NCBI GenBank assembly: GCA_965637545.1
Contig: OZ281495.1
Location: forward strand, 7,378,001-7,442,000
Direction of reading: 5' to 3'
Length of the DNA: 64,000 bases
Source: Phallusia mammillata
Taxonomy: Eukaryota
In this document: positions 13,501-26,152 of the stretch, in pieces
Layout: the number at the start of each line of letters is the position of its first letter
How positions within the stretch are numbered: position 1 is the stretch's first letter
Position numbers and translations under genes: made by a program
The notes under the pieces: model-generated
The model's database searches: none
What the model saw: only the letters and a program-made list of their open reading frames with translations
What the model was told of the DNA's origin: nothing

Positions 13501-16500
13501 AGCAACACATGTAGCCATTTTAACTTTGCATATTTGGAGCAGTGCTGAGCAAAATGGAAGCCGATCATTTTGTTCTAATTCAAGTCAACAAAAAGTCGCT
13601 GAACTCTTAAATACTTCCGAAACTGGAATCCTCCAAAACATTACTCCCGTCGGAGGGAAAACAAAAAGTTCACCGCCATATATGTATTGGAAGCCTTTTC
13701 AAAGACGATGAAGATATCATCCACGATCCAGATACATTCCTCCGCTCAATGCAATGCGTACGTGACACTGAACGCATGTCCAAGCATTTTCATCTGGAAA
13801 CCTGGCTAAACTTACTCCGTTCGACCTTGCAATATGCCATTCAGTGGTTTTTCCCGGCGCCCGCGAACCATTTTTGCGTCACAATTACCATCTCGGCCAG
13901 CAGATCAAGCCGGCTCCCATAACGGGTTCGCTGTGACTAAAACAATGCCATGCGGTTGATTCGGAAGGTCGTACGTTGCCAGATTTCGGAGTAACGAGCC
14001 CTGCTACGTGCAGAAAGCAAGTGAGCAAATGGTTACGATTTCCAAACCAAGGTCAATGGCAAAAGGTCGTTGAATTTTTTAACCGATTTCTTGGGAAAAT
14101 GAAAACGTGCGAAGGCATTGGAATATACGTAACTGCTGTTTAAGGCATGAATTGTGGGCTGAATTTGGACATGAACGGCAGTTCAAAATGCTACACAGAT
14201 CATAGTACCTTTATTGTTTGTATTTCAAGATGTCATTGGAATCTACGGATCATATTTTATCAGCAAATTACGTCGAATTCCTTCATACCAAAAAGTCTCC
14301 AAATTTAAGCAATAAAAAATTGTGGCGATCTTTGAAGCTCATTGAAATATTTGGCAACAACAAGCTAATCGAGACAAAGCCAGTTGTACATTAGGTGATC
14401 AAGCGACAAAGCAGGTGTTGTTGATCACCACAGATCGTCGTCCAATCTCTAGCAAGTGCGTCATCGCCCTGCGGTCAGCCTCTGCTTGACCTCGATGAAC
14501 TTGTACGCGTGGCACGTGGCCTAGGGGAGATTGAAAGTTCACACTAGCGCTTATTCTGGGCGCGAAATAAAGCGCTCGCCACCCTTAAATTTCAACAATT
14601 CCGCCAGCGGCGCCCGGAAACACTTCGCACCGCGAGAATTCCTGCCAAGACACGTGATTGGCTCACTGCTCGGTCACGTGACTGCCTGCGGTGGCTGGCC
14701 CGGGTCAGGGGAGCTGTGATTGACGCAACAAGCAAAGAAACGTCGTTGATTTGTCGAATTCTCACGACCCCGCTCCCTAGCGCGCGCGACCCCTTATCTC
14801 TTATCGGACATAAGTTCATAATCGCTTGTTATTCGGCGTTGGTCGACGCTGACCAAGCCGGGAAAGGTCACAGACGAAGTGAGCAACAATTGTAACAAGC
14901 CGCTTTCCCGCAGCTGCTATAATTGTGCCGTGTACTTTTGCCCATGCCAGGGTTTATTTCTGCACTTTATGGTTGTGAACAATTTGGACCGCACGTTTTT
15001 TTTGACAAGAGCTCACGAGAATAAATGAACTCAGAAAAATAGCATCAGTATACCCAATGCCATTGCTCGAACGAGATTGAACCTTTCGATATTGTACTGA
15101 TAATATTTGAAGCACTATACAGTAGACACATAAGTGAAAAGTAGCATATTCAGCATACATTGCACTGATGATAACATATACGATGAAACATTAATAACAT
15201 AATGTATTCAATAAACACGTCTCTGGCAGTTTAGTTTCCGATTTTGATCAGCCTATCATATTAAAAAGGCAAAAACTGATTTTCAAACTGTTTATCGCAA
15301 AAACAAAAAAAATCTAAAGCTAATTTTTTATTGCCGACGCTATCACGTAATGTAATCGAAATTGCCCATCGTTTTATATTTGCGTCTTGGATGAGTGTTG
15401 ATACTACAGCGAAATCAACCAGTGACCTTTGGAACGTTGCAAAGGAAACGTCGCAACTTTCCTATACATAACGGAATCACTTTAACCGAACGACAGTAGA
15501 TTGAACCCTGGGTGAGCAACCTCTCATTCATCAGCGTGTGTCAGTGTATAGCCTTGTGGTGTAACCATGTCTCAACATATATCAACTCGTTATCATTGGT
15601 CGATTTAACGCAATCGCACCGCCTATCGACCCCCTTTACACGCCTTTATCAAGTGTAGTGCACGAAAATACACGACGCTGGTGCGATAGGAAAAGTTCGA
15701 TGTCCCAAGTGATAGCAAACTACACACGAATTGGGAAGGGACACGCGCCCCGGCTCGACACATGTTAGTGGTAAAGGTATGGTACTTGGGTTTCCTGATA
15801 TCAGCTTCCTAACATGGCGTTTCGGGGTCCAAAGCATACACTGCCCTTGAACTTTTGACATGTACGATTGAAGTTTGTGTCAAGATCCTGTTGTAAAACA
15901 CCTCCAGGTGTGTTGAAATATTACCTCATGTCCGGGCCAAGTGTGGATCAAAATGAATTCGTCGGTCTCCAAATATGTTTTAACCCCGGTCAAAGTGTAA
16001 TGGACATTTTTACGGAAATGTTACTCAAATAAACTGCGGGTAATTCTGTTTAATGAATAGACCACAGAGGATGCTATTTTTTCAGTATATTTCCAAAGTA
16101 GAGAGTGTATGATGCGGTCATACAGGTTGCGAAATCTTTAAGGGTTGTAATACGACACATTTATCTCCCAAGACAGAAACATTTCACAAACATTCCAAAG
16201 AAACAAAACACTTTTAAACACCAGATTTTTAGTATATTTTATTGCCTTCCTTGAAAAATACACTAGATAAGAGAAAAGAAGACTAAACATAAAATCCAAT
16301 GAAGAGAAAAAATGGGAATATGTGTTATACCCAAAATTGTTGTAAAAGTTGTAGAGCCAACTGTGATCCTATATCAAATTCAAACGAGATATCTAATGAC
16401 CTTGTAAACTAACGCTCAGCTTAGTTAATTCCCGACGAATGGGCAACAACAAAGGTCGTTGCTCCCACAATCGTTTATATGACGTAATAAATCAGCCTGG

Positions 16501-16788
16501 CGCAAATTAAACGAAGCAACATCAATAAATTGCGGACAATGGTCAGTGCGTCCGATGCGTTTGATCTTCAAACACAAACAAGGAATTTCTTTCGAAGGGC
16601 GTTGTTTATTTTGGACACGTGATCGAATGTTGACCAATCAAACACGTCCGCGGCGAATTTCCGTGAAAGTTGGGACAAACAGCGAAACAGTAAATCTGAT
16701 CGACAAACCGACGAATCGTAAATTTCGGTTCAACGATTACGTAATCGCACGCGTAGCCCGCCAGTTTGGTTGTTTCGTAACAAATCAT

Positions 16789-16826
16789 TCAGGTCAAAAC
16801 ATTTTAAAATCAGGTCAAAACATTTT
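16789..16826. repeat. Short tandem duplication, 21-bp period
   Basis: tcaggtcaaaacatttt at 16789 and 16810. Confidence 0.8.
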
Positions 16827-19800
16827 TTAGCATGGCAGAACGCAATAAAAGGCATAGGCTTAACTTTGAATGAAATGTTTTCTCAAAAAAGTTAGGAATT
16901 TAGTGAAAAAGATTGCAGGAAAAAGTCTAAAAGATTTTTACAAAATATCACAATTTTGAACTTAAACGAGTTCAAAGGTAAATGTTACCCTTACCGGTTA
17001 AACTTGGGTTGTATTTGTATTGACAAAATTGTGTACAACCTCGAAAAAGCATTACACCAGCGACTACACAAACCAAACATGTTATTCGAGCAAATTAGCA
17101 AATAGTCTGATTGGTTGACAAAGTCACGTGGTTACAGGCAATTTATCTCCACACCGTAATCCCTTACAAACGACGAGAATCAATGCGTTCCATGTAATTG
17201 CTCTAACGCAGTTGGTGTTTGGACGCTAACAAGCATCAACTATATCCCAAGCGACCCTTAGGTCATAAAGACAACTTGAATGGCGTTGGTGGACCAATAA
17301 ACTTGACGCATGGGCAAATTGTTTCGTCAGTGTAATTTTACAGATGGCCTAATTTGAAATGGAAATAGCAAAATACGGTTGATTGACATATCGTAGTTGA
17401 TGTCAAATTTAACGGTATCGTCAAATAAAATTTACTCTTAAAATCAAGTGCTATTTTTTAAGTTCTTGAAAAGGTGACGACATTTTTGTTTTCATTGCCT
17501 ATTTGTCGCAATTTTTTATTTAAACAAGAAAAACAAAGGTCAGAGAACCTATAGAGTTTGTGTGTTTCTGCATTAAGCGCTTGACATTTTCTTGGAAAAG
17601 CAAATGTTCAAATTGGAAAAATGATTCAGTCATGCTCAAAAAGCAATCATACTTACAGACACTGAAATACAATATAATACGGATTAACACTGAAATATAC
17701 GGATTGAAATTCTTAGTACAAGCATAAGCTTTGATTTCACTTTTACAGTTGCTAGTTTTGAACATATGAGGCAAAACATTTGAAACTCTTCTATTTCCGT
17801 AATATCAAACAACATCGCGATGTTTGTATTTTTGGGACGTGAAGGGTAAGCAAAATTAGATTTAATGTGACAACCAGTAACGGATTAGGTTTGAACTGTT
17901 CATGGAGCAAACCACAAGTTGCAAATAAGGCTGATGACTGGATGTCAACAAAAACGTGCCATTTTCATCCCAGCACCTTTCAAACATTTGTGACCAATCA
18001 CCAAAGCGCATTTTGTCACGTGATGAACGATACAATACAAAATGAGCGAAGCATTTTGTTTTTTATAAATATACGTTTGTACTTTATTATCATTTTTGCT
18101 TGCGCGTTTAGTACCGTAATGCACGTTAATAAAAGATTTAGGAAATATTTTTGCCTTCTACAAGATGGAGGGATATAATGACCATTGTCATTCGGTTCGT
18201 ATAGTGTTTTTTTTAGACATAATTTTTCAACTTTAAAGTAGTCTTCTATATCACTAAGCCGCGGTCAACTTTATGCACTATTTTACACTATTTGCTACCA
18301 AGCTGACCTTTATCAGAGAGATTTGACACGGTGAAAGTAAATAGTCGTATAAGCTAGCTCGGTGTCAGCACGGTGAACAAGGGCGACCAATGACTGTCTG
18401 GCAAACACCAAGTTTTAAAGCACAAATGCAGTCCGGACTGGGCAAACAGTGTTTAAAAAAGACTTTCGTTCACACACCTATTTTGGCGGTTTTTAAATTG
18501 GACAAGGGGGTCATGAAATATCCGCAATGCGTTTAACACAGAAAAACACATTTCACAACTCGTACAGCAAACTGTATAAAAGGCACTGCCCGGGCAATAA
18601 AAAAGAATAAATTTGAAGAGATTTAATCTGGACGCAGTTAAACTTGCTGTTGTCCGAATTCCAAAGATGTCCGTTGAGAACCGTTTTTAGCGCAAGAAGG
18701 CTATAACGAATCTCGACAAAGTCGTTCGTAGAAAGGTTTATACTCAGTGCGAACATACAGCCTCATTTTTAATTTAAAATTACCCCTTTTTAAAGATTTT
18801 ATCCAGTCAGTTTTTCAGAATGTATAGAGTTAGTTCCATTTGATCTTGTGCTACTGTTTTACGACAAATTAATTACGCTATTTTAAATTTCAATGACATT
18901 TGCTGGTCAAGAAAAAAAGTTGAGCATCTGTACGCCCAAAGTACACCCCATCAAAATCATTTGAGAATTCCATTCGATGAAAACTGCCATAAACAACATT
19001 TGTAATCAACTAATAACAAGGACATATAGAAACCTAAAATCAGGTTCAATTTCGTAAGTATTTTGGGTTATTGATATTTTGGGTTTTTATTTATGTCAAA
19101 CAAAATCATTCATATGTTGAAAACGTACCCAAATTTTTATGTAACTCAAGGTATGCACCTCCTCCCAACGCTCAGTCAGGTGATGTAACAGTGAAACTGA
19201 GTTTAGTTCCTTGCGACCACAACAGGGAAAGTATACACATCGCGGTGGGCCGGCAAAATAAAGATGTCAGCTCAAATTTATACCTCAAACATAGCCCCAT
19301 CGGCATCTATTTTTAACCTCTCAGTGATGACCCGACTTGCTTGATTGGGGTGTGGTGGCAACAGAAAAGGGGCGTAAATCATACAGCGGTGATAGTGTCA
19401 AGCGCCTTGTCCACCCGTTCTATGATAATTACAAATCAACCCCACTGTAGGATACGGGAAACGGAGCTTATTGCTGGGCAACCGATCGCGTTGTCGTTTG
19501 CTCTGGATTCGACGGGCGTTTGTAGAGAGATACCAACGGCACTTTGCGCTACGACACCTATTCCAATCGCAAACGGCCGCTTTATGACATCACAAACATT
19601 GCGCGCCGTTTTGTCGCCCAGAATAAACTGAGCCCAGTGTTAGGCCCAGTTTATAGCCAAGGAATCGCGCACATTCGGCCTTCGGTTGCGTTTTATTGCC
19701 ACAGAAATGAATGGTGACTTTTACGATGCCCGTGGTGACATTTGCCAACTCAGCTAAAACCGCTGTCTGATTTCTATGATAATCCAGGATAGAATAAACA

Positions 19801-20579
19801 AGTCTTTCACTTTCGACCTTTTCTCGTTGTTTTACGACGTTTGTGGTTACGAACGAATATTTGTTTGGGCGAAACTTTGTGTGATGACATTCATTTTAAA
19901 TCAGAAGGAACTTTTCGTAAACCGTCTCTATATAACTTCGGTACAAATTTAACTAAAATCAATTTCATCAACATCACCACCACTGTGGCATTTAATCACA
20001 CATGGATCAAATACAGTCCGAACTTACTAATTTCACAGTACTTTACGCAAGTAAGTTTCAAAATTTAAACACAGAGTTGAAAAACAGCTTGATAAAAAAA
20101 ATTATTAGTGCTTATAAAGAGTAAATGCATTCTGTCGCCAAGTTTTCAACATTGAAATGGATGTAATGAAATGCTTTCACTAAAGACGCTTTGCAAAGGA
20201 TTTTAAGCTTCCGTTGAAAACATGTCACAAAAATTGTAACTAGAGCCAGGAGCAAATTTTTGAACCAAAAAGCAATCAGAAGTTGTTATAACCTACGAAC
20301 AACAGAGAGTTATAAAATGCGGGTGTCATTTTGTAGCTAGGTTTTACAACCATCCAATCCACAAAGGTTTCCACCAACACTTTCTGTTTGCTTAAATGTG
20401 TTTACCGAAGGGTAGTCGAAGCCATGAAAAGTGATTCATATGGCAGGGGTGACCTGATTTGCACTTGTACCCCCCACAACACGCGCTTCTCTCCCAGTAA
20501 ATTATACTGATCAAATCAACTGTCAATCTCTTGACACCCCAAATGGTGACTAGGGAATTATTTAGACAACAGCAATTGC

Positions 20580-20620
20580 TTGTATTTGACAATGGGTTGT
20601 TTGTTTTGTATTTGACAATG
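20580..20620. repeat. Short direct repeat, 26-bp period
   Basis: ttgtatttgacaatg occurs twice. Confidence 0.7.
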
Positions 20621-23600
20621 AGTTACAACATCAGTTGTTTTAAAGGGGCTGAAAAGTGGATATAAAATAACTCAAGTGTCGAAGTTAGACGAGACTTCCA
20701 AAACCAAATAAAAAACAAGATTTTACTATCAACCACAAACTCAAACTCAAAACCAGCTGTATTTAACAAACAGAAAGCATTAAACGTTGAACTGCCCACA
20801 GGTGTAGTTAATTGAGCAAGCTTTTAGGCAAGTAAAAACTTGCCAAATAATTAAAAAGTGTCCAAAATGGGTCATAAAATCACTTTGAACAGAAATGATG
20901 TTTTTGACAAGTCTGTGCTGCTTGTTTTTTTCTCGGATGTGTAAAATATTTCCTGGTGTTTTAATATGTAACAATAAACGATTGTTTAAGCAAAAACGCG
21001 TAGGCTGCATAAGTGGAGGAAATTGGTGAATTATGCTTGCCCAAGAAAAGCAATAAGGGCATTTACTTATACCCATTGGGATAAGTATGTTGGTACCTTT
21101 TGACTTGCTAAGTTTATCCAGTTGGCGGGCACTAAAACGGTTAGTTGGTCAAGTGCAATGCTGGCAAAGAGAAACCAAATTGAATTCGCAAATGAAAATT
21201 GGAAAATCAGAAGAGTCGTAAAACACCAGAACAACGAGATTGGCGCCCTGGCACAAGTAGCTGGGCCGCGTACAAAGCAATAAACTTTGCATGGCGCTAT
21301 GGTCCGATTCTCGCTTGACGAGCGTCGTGAGGGCAGTTCGGTGGCTTTAACAAGACATGGGAGTAAAGTTGAACTACACACCGGAGTGGAACAGCTTCTT
21401 TATTTGCTTCGTGAACATTCGAACCGACCGCGTGCCCTTAATTGAATCTCGTATGATTTACACGTGGCGCGATGCCTCGGCGCCTGGGTTTCGGCCACTA
21501 AATTGCCAATAAAAGTGCTTTGAAGTCGTAGAGCGGTTGGTCAGTTCGCCGTGGCGTTATGATTTCGTGTTGTTCGTTGCGGTCGCGTGTGGGTTTGATC
21601 AGCAGAATTGATGCGTAAATTTATTGAGCCTTGCCACTCTCTCTGTTATGCTTGCGATAAAATTAAAAGAATTGCGAGTTTTTTAATGACAGCAAATTAC
21701 GTCTGTGGACTCTTCGTGGCGCCTTGATCGTGTGGAAATGAAACTGGCGGCGTTTTAAGTTGCTGTCATTTAGTGTTTGCAAAGAACCAATACCTAGTAT
21801 TTTAGCACACACCAACCGCAATAAACATTCTATTGAAGAGTTAAACGGCTTTAAATACTTTTTTAATCAAACAAAAGATAACCAATAAATCTATTTCGAC
21901 AATTTTAACGTGACTACAAAACAACGTCCAAACCGTTCCCTAACTGACCGTAAAAACGAAACCGTTTATTTCAGAAATCAAAACAAATATAATCCAATAA
22001 CAGCAAACAAGCTTTTTGGTGTAGGTTTGTATCAGAACTATGCTTAAGAAACGAACCCTGTAACCAATCCATAGGGCTCTAGGCTTCAAAATGTCAATCA
22101 TTGAAAAGCAGCGACGAAATTGACATATGTCGGATAATCGCTCTGCCATCATGGTGAATAACCTCAACACAATCGCTGTTAAATTGAGGTGATTAGAAAA
22201 CGTGTTATGCTGCACAATTTATTGCCCGTACCATCACCGAAAGCGGCTTGCAATGCCCTTGAAGGGATTAATGTGTCGTTCTATTCCTCTTCACTCTGTG
22301 CTAATTGCAAATGACAAATCGTCATCTCGGCTTTCCGGTAATTGCCTCGCCAAGCTGGCGAATAATCCTCAGCGTCAGGGACGAGTCAACGGCGGCTTAA
22401 TTGCAACGAGAAGGCGGTTCTTCCGCATCGGATCAATGCATCGGGATTTGTAGGGTTACCGTTCGTTATTACTGCTAGATTTATTCGTCCTCAAGGACAG
22501 AAAATCCGCTTCAAGGACGTTATACACGTGTCTGGGTCCTCAAGTGTAAGTGACTTGCTATACAAGAGGGGCAATACAGCAAATGTTTAAAATACGAACA
22601 GGTTTCAAATCCATGATTTGGCTAACTGTGGTGGTGCTGTAAGAGCGATGCTCATTCCTGATATTGATACACATAAAAATACGCGGTTCAAAGGCGGTTT
22701 AAATTAAGAAATTGATGATATAGCTTGCCATGCAGATCGTCGATGTTTTCTATTCTTCACACAATTATGTGGAGTGAATTTAACTGCATCGACGTTGTAT
22801 TTCAGCTTGTCCTGTGAGCGCTAAGACATGTCAGAAGTTTTGTGTTTACAAAAACACAATTAGTCGTATAAATAGATTTTAGTTGAATAAGGAACCGACG
22901 ATGCCATTGAGGCAAAATATGTATATCTTCACAGAAAATTGATTGATTCTGTTTTGACCAAGAAATTTAACGTCCCGATAGTTTTAATGTTTTCAGTAAT
23001 CGTCAGTTGAAGCCCTGATGTTGGTGGTTTGATCCGTTACTAAAACTGTTATTTTAATCGTAAAATAGCGTGTTGTTAAATTACCTTCACCATTTTATTT
23101 GTGTGTTGGAAATTATCTCAGGCCTACCCAGCTGAAATGAAAGTGTTGCTTTTATACGTACTCTGTTCATGCAGCATTTGCGCCGTTGCAATATCACCCA
23201 ACCCTTCATTAGACATTATACATTAGTCCGTGCAGCTCGTTCCACCAGCCAAAGCTGTTATTTCCACGTCCTGTGTGTCCGTGTGCACCCTAATTAGCTC
23301 AGAAACCGGTGCATATTCAACCCCGTACAACCCCCATGCGTTGCAAGTTCTAATCCACGAAGGTATAGTTTATGTACCGAGCTCCGTACCGAGTGAAAGG
23401 TCTTAATTGTAGGTCAGAGCGACGAGGGGCAGCCATTTGTCGAGCAGCACTGTGTTTGACTGCGTTGTGGCGCGTGTTTCAGTACACGTCGAAGTTTAGA
23501 AGCGACGTGGATATTTCCTGTTGCAAAGAACAAGCCAATAGTTTTCAACCATCGACACGTTGTATGGAGTAATCCGGAAATGTTGTTTTTATTGAATCAC

Positions 23601-24779
23601 TATAATTTTGTGGAGTAACTTTGAGCAACTAGCGCAAGAACCTGTCTTTATATTACTGACGTGATGCTGTCTAGTTTGAAATGAGTGATGGTAACTATTG
23701 TTAAATTTCTTCATTGCCAATAGTTTTATTACTGACTGCAGTAATAACCAATAGCAGTTGGCTTGTGAAACATTTTTTTTTAAAAAGTTGAATTTGCAAA
23801 ACCTGTCATGTAAGGATCACAATTAATAGCACATAGTAGGTGTATTTTAATCATTGATTACAAAGTTTCAACATATAAGTTTAGCAGTATTTGAGCTCCA
23901 TCAAAATAACACGGAAACAACCCGTAGCATCACACTATACCAGAGTAAACAATCGACTACTTCCACTCGGTGGCGTAAGAGCGCCATGTCGCCGCGAACG
24001 TACAGCGTCGGGTCGGAAACAACAGCAGAAGCCGCAAAATGAAAGCGAAAGTTGCAATTTTGACGCGGCGGTTAAGATAAAACTGGAGCCCGCGGTGTTG
24101 CTGATTCATTTGTTCCTAGCTTTGCTTTGATTCACTGTTCTCGGGTGTTAGTTTGCATTGGCGAGGCTAAAGACAATGTAGAGCGTTCTTGTCTGTCTGA
24201 AGCGGCCTCATCTGTTGCACAAAGCTTCGCAGGCGCGAGACAAGCAAAATGGGGTCCAGTGTGTGAAAACTTGACGCTTGCTGAAGCCGAGGGTCGGACG
24301 GGTAATGAGCGGAGATTTTGACGAGGTGACAATGCCAACGGCGTCATATCAGTACGGCGCCAAACTGGCTACATCAAACACATGCTAAGGTGGCCTGTGA
24401 TCACGCTAAAGCTCAGTAAAGCTTGTTGTGTCGACACTCAGTACCACAGTACCATTGGTGGTTTTTCGTTCAACTTCAGTTGTGCTTAATTTGAACTGTT
24501 AAAATACCACTCAGAATTGAATTCAGGATGAATCAATTGCAAATGCAGAAGAGTTTAAGGTTTATAACAAGAATATATAGACTAAACCAACAAAATGCAT
24601 TAGAAACTGATTTGGTACAAGGAAATGTAGAGGGTTTTGTTATCGATCATACATAAAAATGAAAAACAGTTGACAATGTGTTTTATATTTGTAGCCCCAA
24701 GGTTTTGGTAAAAGTGACTTGAATTACGTTTTGAAGTAAAAACTCGTTGCCCACTTCACAACGATTCAGCCTCCAAACA

Positions 24780-25085
24780 TAAACACGGTTCGCGAGTGCG
24801 CGTGTCCGAAGTATTGCATCGGGCTTAACGCTCACTTGTAAACAAGTGCGTCGGCGACGGGCGAGGGCACCGACGCACGACAAAGACAAAAGAAGGATAA
24901 AATGGCGAGCGCGAAAAACGACGTGCATTGCTCATTGCGCGAACGTAAGAAGAAAAAAGGGGCAGGGAAAGAGATTGGCCTCTGGATGAATCCCCATAAG
25001 CACCAAGTCAATCGAGATATGCGTTATACCGAGTCAGTGGTCAGTACTTCATACTCGGTGGTCAGTACTGAGTTGCAGGGCACTT
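24780..25085 (+). promoter_or_regulatory. Candidate Tbx2/3 core/proximal promoter
   Basis: CpG-rich block about 0.7-1 kb upstream of the ATG. It has AAAATGGCG (24899), a reverse CCAAT box (GATTGG near 24973) and three Inr-like TCAGT (25034, 25041, 25062). There is no transcript evidence. Confidence 0.4.
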
Positions 25086-25772
25086 AAGAGAGCCTCATTT
25101 TAGGGATGCAAGAGGTGCATATGTTACAGTTTAAATTTTGTGTTGTTTGCAATTACAAACAAATGCTAATTCACTTAGCAAGCCTTGAGCAGTGTTTGCC
25201 TATTTTTGCCAACATATTGACACAAAAAGCAGAAAAAATGCGTTGAAACAGCAACAGGGAAAATTTTAAGGACACTGGTTCGAGGCTTTGCAGTTCAGTT
25301 CAACTGCCCTTGTGCCGCCCTGGATTAATCACTGGAGTCGGTGGGATATTAAACCACAACACGACCCAAATTGAAAGTGCCTTTTAAGTGGCTGGTGCCA
25401 CCGAAGCGCGCCAGTAGCACCAGGGTAGTGACAGAGTACACAGCTAGAAGAGAGGAGAAAAACTGTTAGGGTAAAAATTTATTGCATTTTGAGAGCTACT
25501 GAATTGCGGAATCGGTTTTGAATTATTGTGATTTTTTGTTATGTGCAGGTGAATTGGACGACGTGCCGACCTAAGAACTTGTAGTTTTTGGTCGTTACAC
25601 TTGACTGTGCAAATCGGTACTTCATTGTGATCTGAATTGCAACTCTTTTCGTGTCGTTTTAAACATGCCAGTGAACTGAAAGTGCATGAAAAATTCAAAC
25701 ACACAGTTGATCAAAGACGAAGAATCAGCCCGCACGGTTTAGACCAAAACGACGGCGTTTCCAAACAAAGTT

Positions 25773-26152
25773 ATGATACAAGACTCAATGAAGCCTGGAC
25801 CAGTATCGCCTTTACAGGCAGTAATGTCAGCCTACGGACACAATGCATTGCTCTCATCCAGACACGGTGCAGAACTTCCATTCTTTCCGCCCTCGTATCT
25901 TCCAAATGCTTTGTCCTTATCCCACTGTCCCTCATCCCTTATGTTTTCGAAAAACCCGACTTCACCAGCTGGTCTCGGCTCAGCGTTCGAACGTGGACTT
26001 TGCGGGAACCAAGGCGGTGATATGCCGCCGACGAAGTTCGTCGACCCTGATGACAATGAGCCAGACGATCCACAAGTGGACCTTGATAACATGGAACTGT
26101 GGGAACAATTTCACAAGCGAGGAACAGAAATGGTCATCACTAAAACTGGAAG
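25773..26152 (+). CDS. Tbx2/3: Tbx2/3 coding exon 1 (N-terminus and start of T-box)
   Basis: ATG at 25773, with an in-frame TAG upstream at 25740. Encodes MIQDSMKPG...PFFP...[29 protein letters not shown](R). Donor AG|GTAGGA at 26153, phase 2. The ATG at 25788 is an alternative start. Confidence 0.92.

Noticed and set aside
25444-25704. Minus-strand ORF with a zinc-finger-like string CLNFSCTFSSLACLKRHEKSC
   Set aside because: The C-to-F spacing is wrong for C2H2, it has a non-ATG start, it is a single unit and it lies antisense to the Tbx2/3 leader; most likely chance.
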